From the IMG/VR virus record IMGVR_UViG_3300048911_000077: 64,000 bases of DNA; one strand, 5' to 3'. The number at the start of each line of letters is the position of its first letter. The first letter of the stretch is position 1. Under the pieces are notes generated by a model. It searched no databases. It was not told where the DNA came from and saw nothing but the letters and a program-made list of their open reading frames with translations. The DNA is from an uncultured virus (IMG/VR IMGVR_UViG_3300048911_000077) (lineage: Duplodnaviria > Heunggongvirae > Uroviricota > Caudoviricetes). The position numbers were made by a program, and so were the translations under genes. Shown here in pieces: positions 26,926 through 39,408 of the stretch.

Positions 26926-27252
26926 ATGACTAAGAAAATGTATATTGCGGTACTTGATGAAGTTCCAGACTTCATGGTGCCGACACTTGTGGCTCACAGT
27001 GTACTAAATGCCCATATTGCATTTACACCATCAGAGATTTACCAAGACTGGTTATTGAACTCTTTCAAGAAAGTGGTCCTTCGTGTAAACCGTAAAGAAT
27101 TTGATAAGATTCGCTCCCGTCACTTTTGCTGGGAAGGTCATGAGAATACAACGCTTGGCGGTGAAAAGAGTTGTCTAGTAGTCGTTCCAATGGAGGCTTG
27201 GGAAGTACCACCTATACTGAGTTTTGCTAAAATGTGGAAACCTAAAACATAG
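26926..27252 (+). CDS. Peptidyl-tRNA hydrolase (Pth2-like), putative
   Basis: KMYIAV...VAHS...W..SFKKVVLRV pattern. Confidence 0.55.
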   Translation: MTKKMYIAVLDEVPDFMVPTLVAHSVLNAHIAFTPSEIYQDWLLNSFKKVVLRVNRKEFDKIRSRHFCWEGHENTTLGGEKSCLVVVPMEAWEVPPILSFAKMWKPKT

Positions 27253-27286
27253 TCTCACTGAGGAAGCCCCTCAAGGACAAACCGAA

Positions 27287-27571
27287 ATGAATATTTCTTC
27301 TGTAAAGCTTATCCTAACAATACCATTGACTGTTGTGATAACAGGCTGTACAATTGCCCCACCAAAGCAGAATGTTATTATTACATCACCTATGTACAGC
27401 AAGTGGCATGATGCAGTGTTCAAGGAATGTAAATCTAAAGCTTGGGATGTTACACGAGAGCTTGTGATTGAGAAGTCTAAGGAAGGGTATAAATTTACAG
27501 AGGAAACAATTACAGATATTCATAGCTACTTGGTTAAGAAATGTTCTATGAATAGTGGACTAGTGATTTAA
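27287..27571 (+). CDS. Putative lipoprotein
   Basis: Hydrophobic N-terminus ending in ITGC lipobox. Confidence 0.45.
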   Translation: MNISSVKLILTIPLTVVITGCTIAPPKQNVIITSPMYSKWHDAVFKECKSKAWDVTRELVIEKSKEGYKFTEETITDIHSYLVKKCSMNSGLVI

Positions 27572-27581
27572 GGAGATTAGT

Positions 27582-30040
27582 ATGATTTATGTTGATGACA
27601 AACCTGTAGTATTTAATCTATTCTACCAGACAGGACAGGGTGGCGGATACTATGCGAAACAGTTCATTGGACGGTATGATACACTCAAAGAATTAAACAA
27701 AGTTTTGAATGAGCATAAAGATCAGTGCCCAAGTAAACATTGGGAATTGTTAGTAGAATTCGAATATATTTAAAACTTAGAGATTAGGGAGACAAAATGT
27801 TAGTACCAATGACTGAACAACAACGAGAAGAGATTAAACAAAAACGTATTGCTGACCAAGAGTACGCTAGGGCTAATCTGAAGACAGACTACGCAGATGA
27901 AAAGTTCTGGAAAGATAAAGGGAGCGAGCTTGGTATTCGTTTCCCCGGCTGGTGGATCAAGGGGAGCGAGGTTAAATATATTCGTAGGGCCTGTAAGAAG
28001 CTTGGCGTTGAGGTATCAAAGTATGTGGAAAGCACTGGATTTAAGAATTTGAATGAATTCTCTGCACACAACCCTAAATTAAACGCTGTTTGTATGGTTG
28101 GTTTGGTTATTGAGTACTACCTAGGTCGAGATGGTGTTTAGAAATCAAACGAAAGGGATAAAGTTAGCGTAGTTTTACCATATTCTAGACGAGTTAATCA
28201 AAACAAGCTTGACACGTACAGGGTAATGGTCTATACTATGTTTGTTATATGAATTTTACCGGTTGTTTTAGGAGAGAAATATGTTATTTATAATCTACTT
28301 GATTGTAATTCTGTTGACTTGTTACATAAACGCAGCCACATGTTATGCACGAGGTATTAAATATCCTTGGAAAGAGGATATATTGCTTTGTGTGTTCTGG
28401 CCTGTTACGATGACTATAGCTATTTTGGCTATCATTGCATCTGAGAGCAAACCATAGTGGTTAAATCACACGAAGAACAATTTCAGACATTCCTCTCCCT
28501 TGCACATTCTTGGGGGATGAACATTGAACTATACCCAGGATTGGATAAATATTTCCAAGATCTGAATACCCAAACAAGCTGGATGATGTTTACCAATGCT
28601 TATTGGAAGGGCGTTATGGATGCTGACACTGAACGACGAGAGAAGGGGATTTACTATGTTTAAGTGGATTAAAGAGATTTTATCGTATGGTAGTGGTAAG
28701 CTTTCAGAAGAGTATAACCCAGAACACTTGGTGGTTAAACTTCCCAATATTTCTGAACCTGTTATTTCCTTCTTGAAAACTGTTCGCGAAAACCCAAAAA
28801 GATTTGTTGTTGATCAAGATTGTAGCTACTATGTAGTTGGGAGTACGTGTGAAATACCTAACTATAGGGCATACAGAATTTGGGACAAGAAATTAGATAA
28901 AGGTTGGTATGTCAAGGGTCGACTCTGGTTGACTAATGTATGTTTTATATCTCACAGCAATAAAGAAGGATTTCATCCTTATTCCTTTGAGCATGCATCT
29001 TTCTTATCAGAAGACGAGAAAGAATATCTTATCAAAGAAATCTCAAGCATTATGAACTACAGGATTAATCGTAAAGCAAAACTAGACAAGATTCGTGCAG
29101 ACAGACGTATCCGAGATATACGAAACAAGCTAAAGGAGCTATACAAATGAGTAATCACATCAAAGTACGTACAATCAATGGAGTAACATCATTCTACACA
29201 GCACAAGATGGAGTTCTACTGAAATCAATCTCATCTATTCGATTTGCAGATGTTGAGAACGCTGTATTTAGTATTGTTAAGAAAGATGGAGAATATTACA
29301 CATACCTCCCACAGCGAAATATGCAGCTTGTTAAGCTTGTGGATGCTTTGGATAAAGGCTACTTGATTTACAAGGTGAGTTGATATGAGTTCTGAACGAG
29401 ATACAATTGTAGATTTTATTGAGTGGTTAGAAGATACTAAAAGTATTTATCTTTTACAGGTTAAAGATGATAAGTTTATTACCTGCGAGTATGGCGGGTT
29501 TAAAAATCTACAAATTCTTATTGAAGAGTGGGGTAATGACATCGAGACCAACTTGTAAGTGTGGAATAAAGCTGAATATTGGTATTGTATTCAATACATT
29601 TCTAATTAAACACCAAGTTATGCATTGTATACTAAACAATTAGGAGAGGAAATGAAATATTACCAAGCTGTATACCAAACAGACGCACATGGATTTAATA
29701 TTGTCTATTCTAAAAATATCTGGACAACAAAAGAAGATGCACAAGAATATTTGGACGAGCTTATCAATTATTTGATTGGAGATAAGGGGCCTTATATGTA
29801 TCAGTGTTGGATTAACGAGTTGTGGGTTAATACTCCATAATGTCAAAGTGTGACCTAAAACAACCAAGTGTTCCAGCCTACTACAGAAAGCTAGCAGCCT
29901 CCCTTAACCCAAATAATTCAGATACACCCCTTCTAGCAAGTCAATATTTAAAATATGCTGATGATTATGAGAAAGAAGAGGAAAGATTACTGTACAAGTG
30001 GAAGAAGGCTAGCTATAATCGTGGAAAGAAGTTTAAATAG
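27582..30040 (+). other. Cluster of small hypothetical genes (27582, 27797, 28457, 28656, 29147, 29652, 29840 and shorter ORFs)
   Basis: Co-oriented, overlapping start/stop codons, RBS. Confidence 0.6.
28209..28237 (+). promoter_or_regulatory. sigma70 promoter
   Basis: TTGACA-N17-TATACT. Confidence 0.75.
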
Positions 30041-30044
30041 GAGG

Positions 30045-30566
30045 ATGACTGTGGATCTTTGTAAACATTTACTTTCAAGAAACTATGACCCAAGCCGATA
30101 TAAAAATCAGGTCTTAGATCAGGTTGACAACATTTTAACTGTGTATCTGACTAATTTGTCAGGACAGTTTGTTGGTTTTCAACAGTATAGGCCAGAAGAA
30201 CAGGCTAAACGTCTGAATGATCCTAGATTGAGTAGATATTTCACTTATAGTCCGCGTGGAGTGAATGCTTGTTGGGGTTTGGAAACATTAGACCCTTCAA
30301 AGAAAGACTTGTATCTTGTAGAAGGTATTTTCAAAGCATCTACCCTCCATATGCTGGGTTATAATGCCTTAGCACTGCTCACAAGTCACCCTAAACCAAT
30401 GAAATCTTGGTTGCATACAATGAATTATAATCTAGTTGGTATTGGAGACAACGATAAAGCCGGTTGTGGTATTATCAAAGTGGCTGGTAAAGGATTTAAG
30501 CTTGACAAAGATGTGGATGAGTATAAACTTGAAGACTTATATGCATCACTAGGAGAGATTGAATGA
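30045..30566 (+). CDS. Stand-alone Toprim (primase-like) protein
   Basis: YLVEGIFKA...GYNALAL...GDNDKAG...KDVDE. Confidence 0.75.
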   Translation: MTVDLCKHLLSRNYDPSRYKNQVLDQVDNILTVYLTNLSGQFVGFQQYRPEEQAKRLNDPRLSRYFTYSPRGVNACWGLETLDPSKKDLYLVEGIFKASTLHMLGYNALALLTSHPKPMKSWLHTMNYNLVGIGDNDKAGCGIIKVAGKGFKLDKDVDEYKLEDLYASLGEIE

Positions 30567-30716
30567 AACCAGAACCACCCAAGCCATTCGTCTGGTGGGT
30601 GTAGGATGTAATGGTGACCCCTGCGCGCTATGTGGTAGTGGGATGAAACCTAATTGGTTATTCTCTAAATCAAAAGGTTGTTATCAATCTGAATGTAAGA
30701 ATTATTGGAGGAATAA

Positions 30717-32708
30717 ATGAAATATCTTAAAACACTAGTAGGGTTTCTTTGCCTATTGTCCATGGGATTTATTGCTTGTGTGCTTTGTGCAGGTCTTGGT
30801 ATGCTGATTGCTTTTACATTTATAGTTTTCCCTGTTTGGCAAATTATTATTGGAACTGTATTAGGGTCGATTGCTGTGTACTTGCATTTGATAGGTAAAT
30901 AAAATGACTGAACCCCTATGCACATGTGGTAAGAGGCCTAAACATAAATTTTCCGAGGAGTCTGAGCACAATGTTTGGTAGATATCAACATACTTTGAAG
31001 GAGCTTAGTGAGAGATGATTACTTGCAGAGGTTGTATGAAACTAGGTACAGGTTGTGGAAAATGTAGTAGATGTGAAGCCTATCTCAAGCTATCAGAAGA
31101 CTATCTAAAGCTGTCAGAAGCTGATAAAGCACAGACAGAAAATATAAACAAATTAAAAGTTTTGATTGCATATAGCGAGAAGTGGTTATTAGACGTAGAA
31201 AAAGAGATTGCAAAACACAAAAATCAAGTTCTGTATTGTAAGGAAAAACTTTCTGTTTTGGAGACTATCAATGCTTTCGATTAAAAACTTATTATTCAGT
31301 AAGAAGAAGTCTTAGACTTATACAGACCATTGGGGGGGCTTCCATTTGTGAAGAATCTCCCTCCAATGCCAAAAGTTAAAATTCCTAAAAGTGATAAACA
31401 ACAATGAACCAATCAATTGAAGATCGTATGCAGAACGTAGAAGATGAACTTAAACAGCTTCGCAAAGAGATGGAAGAGAGTGTTGCATGGTATAAAAGAT
31501 TTGGATGGTTGAGCCAAGAACAACCTAAGTATGATATTACTCGTGAAACGAATTGTCTGTGGGAGAGTATTCCTGTAGAAGATCGTATGAAGCCTATGGG
31601 GCTGAGTTGTCCGTGTCGCAAGTGTTCGGCTTATTGTTGATCGAGTAGAATAGAATGAGTAAGTGGATTGTTGTAGAAGACCAAGAAGTTGCAGAGAAGA
31701 TTCGTAAATTCCTGGAATTCAGAATGGAGGAACATGACTCCTCATTTTCATTGCACTGTTGGGAGGAAGTATATAACCTTCCGGGTGTTACGTACAGACT
31801 AAGTGGTCCACTTGGTAATGAAGATGCATTTATTTTAGAGTACCTAGAATGACAACCAGACCTTGTGAATTTTGTGCAGACTCGACTGATGAATACCTAG
31901 AAGAATACCTTACACCTGATACGGTGTGTGGAGCTTGTAATGGGAGCAAGGTGTTGGATATCAGAGCTTGTTTCTGTTGTGCGTATGAGCCGTCAGAATG
32001 TGCTTGTGATGCCGATTGGAGTGATTATGTTTATTGGGAGGATGACCAGTGAGTGAGAAAATAGTTTATCTAGTGCAGCGGTATGAAATGCCTTTAGATG
32101 ATGCTCCGGGATCGATTAATATACCAGATAAAGTATTTACTGACTCTAAGTCTGCACAAGAGTACTGTACACAGCAAGATCCCGACTTGAAAGGGTTAAA
32201 GTATACTTGTCCGTGTGGTTGTGGTAATGAACATTGGCGTAGTTGGGGTTATGAATCTATCGTGATGGAGGGTTAATATGTTAGTTGAAATGGGTAGAAA
32301 GGAATTAACATGCTTCAAGTGCTACCACAAAGGAATTCCTAAAACTTATTGGAAAGGAGGTAATTACATGATTTGGTATAAGGGTTGTGAGAATTGTGCT
32401 AGTGGAGTGTTTATTCAATGAGAGAAATGGACATCAAGGATATTATTGAAGCAATGTGGTGTAATTGTGGTATGGATCATGCCGAACCTAAGTGGCACCC
32501 ACTAGACTGCTCCTATAGGGTTGAGTGGGAGTTTCAAAAAGGTACTGTCCATATGACAGAGAAAGAGAAACAATTGGCTGAGAAGATCACAGGATGGAAA
32601 GCTGAACACTTTACTCAATATCACCCTGATGCACTAGACAGAATCTTTATGCAGAGAACAGAAGAAGCATACCACTATGGAAAACGAACGGAGAAAAGTA
32701 AACTATGA
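30717..32708 (+). other. Cluster of small hypothetical genes, many Cys-rich (30717, 31015, 31404, 31655, 31849, 32049, 32418)
   Basis: Co-oriented ORFs with CxxC motifs. Confidence 0.6.
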
Positions 32709-33283
32709 TAAAAGATTCAGATTTTGAAATTGCTGCTGATGAGGAAATTGACGTAGTGAAAGCAAGGCTACTTGTACAAAAGGCAGAGTACAATCTTGCA
32801 CAGATAGCACCTAAGTATGAGAAGGCTAAAGCCCGGTTAGAGTGGTGCAAAGAGCAAGAAAGGTTTGCAACAGACGGTAGGTACTATGTTTATATTGTCT
32901 TCGTTAGCTCAAAAGCTGTCTATGTCGGCAAGGGTAAGAACGATAGATACAAACACGCTGTAACTGGTATTAGCAGTTGTATGGAACTGAATAGGGACTT
33001 CTTCCAAGGTAAATATATTGAAGTTAGATTTTTGGAGAAGTATTTAACCGAAGAGAAAGCTCTTGAAAAAGAAAGCTTCTGGATTTCCCATCTAAAGTCA
33101 TTAGCGGAGCCTGATTGTTTTGGTGAACATGGTTGGGAGATTTACAATAAATGTAACACAGAACCTAAATTTCAATTTGATATTGGAGAGGACTACATTT
33201 ATCATGTAGCATCAAAACACGCAATCAGTCATGGAACGGAGAAGGTCCAACCTAAACAATATGACCACAGAAGTTACTCTTAA
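32705..33283 (+). CDS. GIY-YIG nuclease
   Basis: YYVY...VYVGKGKNDRY.H...A...E...YN. Confidence 0.75.
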   Translation: MIKDSDFEIAADEEIDVVKARLLVQKAEYNLAQIAPKYEKAKARLEWCKEQERFATDGRYYVYIVFVSSKAVYVGKGKNDRYKHAVTGISSCMELNRDFFQGKYIEVRFLEKYLTEEKALEKESFWISHLKSLAEPDCFGEHGWEIYNKCNTEPKFQFDIGEDYIYHVASKHAISHGTEKVQPKQYDHRSYS

Positions 33284-33830
33284 AGAGCGGGCAATAGACC
33301 TCAGAAAACAGGGTTTAACATACGCACAAATATCAAGCTCCTTAAATGGGGCTTTATCCGTTGATCAACTTAAAAGATTACTCAGAGGTGTTGTAAAACC
33401 TAAAGTGGTTGACAAGAGTGTGGAAGAAATCATAACTCTTGGATCGCGGCCACAAGGAGTTACAGACTACGAGGCAACAGGTATTATCTACAAATACCAC
33501 AAGAATGCCAGTAAGGATAAAGTGAGGTATCTTAAAGACAAAGCAAAGGAGAACAAGGATTGCATCATACACAGCGGCTGGATTGATACTGTGAAACCAA
33601 ATGAAAGTCATAAATCTATGAATACCATTGTACTTCATCTGATGGATCAGGTAGACTTGCTTGTAGAAGATTACATTGAGATGTACCCAACCACTAATAG
33701 ATGGTCTGTACGACATGAGATGATTAAACTTGCCTTTGCTAACAAAATATCAGGAGAACCCTATACATCAAGGATATACAAGAATGAGTTATTAGCTGAG
33801 TTGATGGAGAAAAGAAACACCGCACCTTAA
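33261..33830 (+). CDS. HTH DNA-binding protein
   Basis: KERAIDLRKQGLTYAQIS N-terminal HTH. Confidence 0.6.
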   Translation: MTTEVTLKERAIDLRKQGLTYAQISSSLNGALSVDQLKRLLRGVVKPKVVDKSVEEIITLGSRPQGVTDYEATGIIYKYHKNASKDKVRYLKDKAKENKDCIIHSGWIDTVKPNESHKSMNTIVLHLMDQVDLLVEDYIEMYPTTNRWSVRHEMIKLAFANKISGEPYTSRIYKNELLAELMEKRNTAP

Positions 33831-33944
33831 TTACACCAAATGTTTAGAAAGTGCAACCACTAAAACACCGTCTGCACTTTTTACCCCACTATACTTATGG
33901 GAAGTGCGGAGTGCATTTGACAGAGATTTAACTAGGAGAGAAAT

Positions 33945-34229
33945 ATGAACAACATTGAATTTATGAAGAAAGCAATTCAAGAGCTACCTAAAGTGTGGTC
34001 TGTAGATGTGCAAGAGAATCATACCTTTTACTTTGATCACTACACTCAATTGCCTAGATATAGCATAAGAGTAATTGTAGAAGGTGGTAAGAAGAAAAAG
34101 ATTGCTAAAGTCATATCTGATTATAAACCTTTAGGTGTGCTTACTCTTGGTAACACTCAGGTAGAGGTTGAACAAGGTTATTCTGGTCTCAGTTATATGA
34201 TTAACTTTGAAAGGGTTGGTAAGAAATAA
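33945..34229 (+). CDS. Small protein resembling a baseplate J-like segment
   Basis: IVEGG....IAKVI..YKPLGV.TLGNTQVEV...INFER. Confidence 0.45.
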   Translation: MNNIEFMKKAIQELPKVWSVDVQENHTFYFDHYTQLPRYSIRVIVEGGKKKKIAKVISDYKPLGVLTLGNTQVEVEQGYSGLSYMINFERVGKK

Positions 34230-34257
34230 ACAATAAGTTCAGAGGGGAGTTTAGACT

Positions 34258-34458
34258 ATGATTGAAGTGTGGCTACAGTATACTTGTGATGGGTGTGATC
34301 AGACAGAATATACAACTATGCCTAATGAGACTAAAGCTGAGTTGAACAAAGGTCTTAAAGAAGAAGGTTGGAGAGTTTATGGAAGACTTCATTACTGCAA
34401 TGCTTGTGTAAAGAGAAAGAATAAACACTTTGTAAATAAAACTTCTATGTTTGACTAA
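34258..34458 (+). CDS. Small Zn-finger hypothetical protein
   Basis: CDGC...GW...HYCNAC. Confidence 0.55.
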   Translation: MIEVWLQYTCDGCDQTEYTTMPNETKAELNKGLKEEGWRVYGRLHYCNACVKRKNKHFVNKTSMFD

Positions 34459-34477
34459 TTTCCCAGTCCCCTCAGAA

Positions 34478-34514
34478 AGACACTTAGCTTGTATTAGTAA
34501 GTGTCTATTTTTAT
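34478..34514 (+). terminator. Terminator ending the + strand block
   Basis: AGACACTTA-loop-TAAGTGTCT followed by ATTTTTAT. Confidence 0.55.
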
Positions 34515-34843
34515 GTCTGGAAATATGTTAAAGCCTTTATTTGTAAGGGCTGTAGGTGAGGGCTACCTCTGAAATTACTTGGCTCTATATCTGAAGGGCT
34601 TAACAGCCTACTACCCCGTCAACCCTATGTCAACCATAATATCAAAATATCCAGAAGAATTCATCAATACTCCCCATCTGATAGTCTCTCCTAATCATTA
34701 ACGCAATCTATCACCTAAGCTATCTCTATAGAGACTAACCAGGACACACCTGTAGACACCAATGTCTTGCACAAAGGATGTTAGTGAAGAGTCTATTAGC
34801 CCAGTAATACTTAGTGTACAAGATAGTTAAACAACAGGTATAG

Positions 34844-34867
34844 AAAAGCCCCTACAGAGAGGGGCTA
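34844..34867 (-). terminator. Rho-independent terminator ending the - strand early block
   Basis: AGCCCCT-loop-AGGGGCT with TTTT on minus. Confidence 0.7.
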
Positions 34868-37862
34868 TTGATCAAGCTAACACTGTGTACCACTAGACAG
34901 CTAACGTTGCTAGAGTGTCCTATTACTAGCCTACATTCAATAGTCCATCACACACTTCAGGCTTACATCAACAATCTTACCAGTCATAGCTACAGCTTGA
35001 TAACGATCTACAGCATCCTTGTACAGTTGATCAAAGGATTCACCTTTCATTTTCATGTCCACTGTCTCTTCTTTCTTACGTTCAATGCAATCACTCTTAG
35101 TTAGATTGTGGTCAATAACATACTCTTCACAGATAGTGGTAGTGCAGAAGGTGAGGATGAGTGCTATAGTGATCATGTTAGAGATTCCTATTACAAAGGT
35201 TTATCAGCAAGAAGAATTTGTTTAACATTACTTTCCCATATCATTCTATCAGATATTGAAGAAGAGTAATTATTAAGCTTTACAAGAGCTGCATCTAACA
35301 GAGCTTGGTTCTTAGGGTGTTTAGCTTTGAGGGTAGTGACAGCTGGCTTGCTGAACATTTTGATGAGAGCTTTCATGTCTGTATTCCTGTTGGTAGAAGC
35401 GTTCTTGCTTCCTATGTGTTCATTATACTTCATCCAAGACTCTGTGCAAGACTTATTTTAAAGAATTCCTAATAAAGAAATTAATTAAGCTGGGAGTGTC
35501 AATAGACATAGTATAATAATTAGAGAAAACCTATCGTGTTCAGATAACATTGTTTAAGACATTTGTACAGGATTATTTGTAGCTAGAGTGTAAATAAGCT
35601 AATGTTTAGTGTGCTAATTGATTGTGTTCTGGTAGTTTGTGGGCGAGGATTGGAGCAGAACACTAACGAGCTTAGCCATTCACATAGTTTTAACTAATCT
35701 CACAGACGACTATAAAGTGACTAAAACACTTATCTAAGTCACATTGTAGACCAGACCTAGCAAGGTTTACAGACAAATCTCTTGAGTACTGAAAGTGACT
35801 ATAAATCAGTATTGAGTCATATTATAGATAAACATAAGGCCAGCATTGCTGGCCTAGAATAAAATCCTGCTAGAATGTTCTTAAAGCATATAATCAGGTT
35901 TCCAGTTACCGTTGCTGATTTTAGTGTAACCTGGCTTAGTAAGAAGTCTAAGCTCTTCAACACGATACTCTTCAAGCTTGCCATAAACATCAACTGTGGC
36001 ATAGGCTTTACAGGGACTGAAAGGCCCAACCTCTTCATATCTCATACCTACTACGGTGTACTCTTTAGTGACGTTAAATGACCTAGCATCGCCGTATAAC
36101 ACTTCAACAATGCAGTCTTTATTGATGTGGTGGAAGTCATAAAGGATCATATTAGGCCACCAGACTAGTGTATTCAGCAATGATTTGATCGTTCTCGTTG
36201 TCAATGATTTGCACTTTGAAGAAACCGCCGTTCTCACCCATTGCATGACAGAATACCAATGACTCAACGATACGAGATTCAGTGGCTGACAGTTCGTGTT
36301 CTTGAGTAGTGAGAGTGTACATTTGGTTTATCCTTTCTGTTAATGTTGTCTTGATAGGGTGATTTTACACAGATTGGTAAACCTTGTAAAGCATTATTTT
36401 CTAATTATTCTGCTTTTCTTTTAGTGATAACCAGACATACTTGACCTCTTGCCAGCTTGAGCATTGACCTTTAAACAGCTCGGAATAGCTGTACTGGATA
36501 TCACCATCAGGAATCCCTTCATGATCATATCTATCTGTATAGCTAACGCCTAAAGCAAACACAACCTTCCACAACCCTTTAACCTCCTGAAAATCGTCTC
36601 CAAAAGCATCACTATAGAAATCACCAGTCCAGTCAATGTAAGATTTGATATCATCCTCCACCTGGAACATCTCCCCAGCAAACAAGGGGATAATGTTTAC
36701 AGAGTAGTCTTCACGCCGAGAAGATGAACACCACACCTCTACGATTGCTTCAATCATTTGATATCTCCTTATTTTTAAGGGTAATATAAGCGTCTAACAA
36801 TTCTGTAAAGTCTTCAATCTTCACCCAATCACCACCATGAACAACTGGCACTAGGTTGCCACAAATGTTTACATAGTATTGAACTTTATTCCCATCAAAC
36901 TCTTCCACTTCTTTAGTCCAGTCTATTATTTCATTCTGATGTCTTACTGTAAAGGGGTTGACTAGGTCTTTAAAATCTTCTATTTTAGATTGTTTGTACA
37001 CTTGATTAGCAATTTCGTCTACCTCTGGTGTAGGTTGCTCCACTCTAAGTTTTAAGATGTCTATCATAGCCCCTCCAAAGAAGTCTTTAATTCCTATCTA
37101 ACTACTCTACACCACTGGCTTTATGTGTCAACCAGTCTTTCAATTATTCCACATGTCTTCAAAACAAGAAAACGAGAACACATCAGCTAAGACATGTTCT
37201 CGATAGAGCTATACTTTCCAGAAGTCACCTTTGTTCGCCTCATCAGCACAAACCTGAGCAGCTTTAGCTACAAGTTCAGCCACTTGATTAATCACATTAG
37301 GGATTGGATAAATCCCCACTCCAAGCTTGAAGGCTTCACGAGCTAATTCATACGTCTGACCATTTGTCTTAGCTACTAGTTTCAAAGCATCTTCCAAAGC
37401 AATCTGTACGAAAGCTGGGGAGTTCATGAAAGACATTGCTGTGTATGGGATCATGATTGAAGTCTCTGTTTGGTTTCGATAGATACAGCTTAAACGTCAG
37501 AATTCACGAGGTCAAGAAACTTTTTAGCTAATTCTTCAGAGTAAAACATCGCAATCGGTTGATGTTTAGCATCTTCTACAATCCATGTCTTACCTGTCAA
37601 ACTACGTCTTAGACTGTACATATTACACCTCTCAATCGACCATAGCGTGCAATGGATGGAAGTCGTTCAGTTTAGATTTGTCAACCTTGGAGTAGTCAAC
37701 AAACCCAAAAGCTTTATTCTGGTCATCGATCTTCTTGGCAAGCTTAGCCAGATGGGGTGGAAGACTAACACCATCATATACTATACGTTCGGTTGTAAAG
37801 GTTTTGTTGGTCATGGCTTCTATCTCTTTGTCTTTGAGAAGGTTTTCTCCTCTCTTGTGACC

Positions 37863-37891
37863 ATTCTAAGGCTGTTCAGATGCTGTGTCAA
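37863..37891 (-). promoter_or_regulatory. sigma70 promoter
   Basis: TTGACA-N17-TAGAAT. Confidence 0.75.
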
Positions 37892-39102
37892 CAGATGATT
37901 GAAGAAATTCTATAAATTCTTTTTCTGGTGTGTCTGTATGATCAGACCAATCGGCGTAGAAGTGTGGTATTTCTATAGGATTGCACCAACGACAACGAGC
38001 CTTGTTAGGGCTTATCATGAACCTGTACCCTTGGTCTCTTAGAGTCATAACAGCACACACAAATCAATAAAGCCAATGATAAACAAGATTCCATAATCTG
38101 TAATGTCTTCTCTATTGTGTGTCATGATTGTTCTCCAATTACTGTTTAGGCCAGATTTTCATGAGGTATTTGTAATCTGGATGGTTAAGAAACCCGTTGT
38201 CATAACAGTGTTTGACTGTCAAATAATCAAACTTGATAAGCTCAAAGCTTGGTTTACTTTTCATAAACAACATTAGCCCATCTGTGTAATCTTGAAGCTC
38301 GGTTGAATTATTAAACACTCTGCCATAACAAGTGATTGGATACTTCAAGATTACTCCTCCTCAAATCGATAGATTTTGAATCTCTCAGCATTATCACCAA
38401 TACTAACAAAGAAGTCAATCAAATCTTTAGCTTCTTCTAAACTTCCTTTAAAAGGCTCTGGTGGAATCTGAGAAACACGTTCATCATACACAAAGCGATT
38501 CTTAACGTGTTTTGAACTAAACAACACTGTATACTCACTCATTTCTTATCTCCTTTAACTGATCCAATAATCTGCTCTTGCACCACTCGAATTCTAGTCT
38601 TTGTGTTCAGTGTCTCTACATCATAATACTTGGGATTCTTTCCCGATCCTATCTTCACAACAACACATTTAAGACCATGATATTCAGAAAGGATGTCATT
38701 GATTCGTACAATGTCTTTTAGGGAGTACATAGGTTATACCCATAAGGAATTAATTAAAAGTTCAGATTCTGATTCATAATCAGCTGGCTTATCGAGCTTA
38801 ATAACCTCTGGTTGAACTTTGTGGTAGTCCTTACCGTGTTGATAGGCTGCTAGCTCAAGCTTGAATCTCTTACCACAAGATGAACATTTCCATGCTTTAA
38901 ATTCTTTCATAACTAAACCCTCAATCAAACAAAATTGGACAATACATCCCATGATCGCCTAACACTAAGAACAGCTTATGTGTATCAGAATACCACGTTG
39001 ACATGAACAGAACAACCTGTGAGCCATCAAGCATTGTAAACATTGGTGTTCTTAATTGCTTCATGGCCTTTGTTCCTAGAGAATGTCGTTCTGTTAGGAT
39101 TG

Positions 39103-39131
39103 AGTTTATAAGGTTGTTAGGAAGCTGTCAA
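39103..39131 (-). promoter_or_regulatory. sigma70 promoter
   Basis: TTGACA-N17-TAAACT. Confidence 0.7.
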
Positions 39132-39135
39132 GGGT

Positions 39136-39408
39136 TTATTTTGATCTATTTGGTAAATCTGGCAACATTTGCCAGTGAGTGACCTTAGCTGTCCCTCGAT
39201 ACTCGTCCCTGTCTATATCTCCCCACTTCTTTGTATAGCCATCAAACTGTAAGACAGCTATTACAGGTTTAGGTCTGAACGGAGAATCTACTACACAAAG
39301 TACAAAATCACTACTGTACCAATTCATTCCTAGTGCTTTAGATTCTTCTAAGTCTTTAGGTGTAAATGGTAACTTGTGGTTTACATCAATCCAATTACTC
39401 ATATTCAA
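39136..39408 (-). CDS. DUF551-like phage protein
   Basis: WIDV..KLP ... VTHWQMLPDLP. Confidence 0.6.
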   Translation of the reverse strand: MNMSNWIDVNHKLPFTPKDLEESKALGMNWYSSDFVLCVVDSPFRPKPVIAVLQFDGYTKKWGDIDRDEYRGTAKVTHWQMLPDLPNRSK

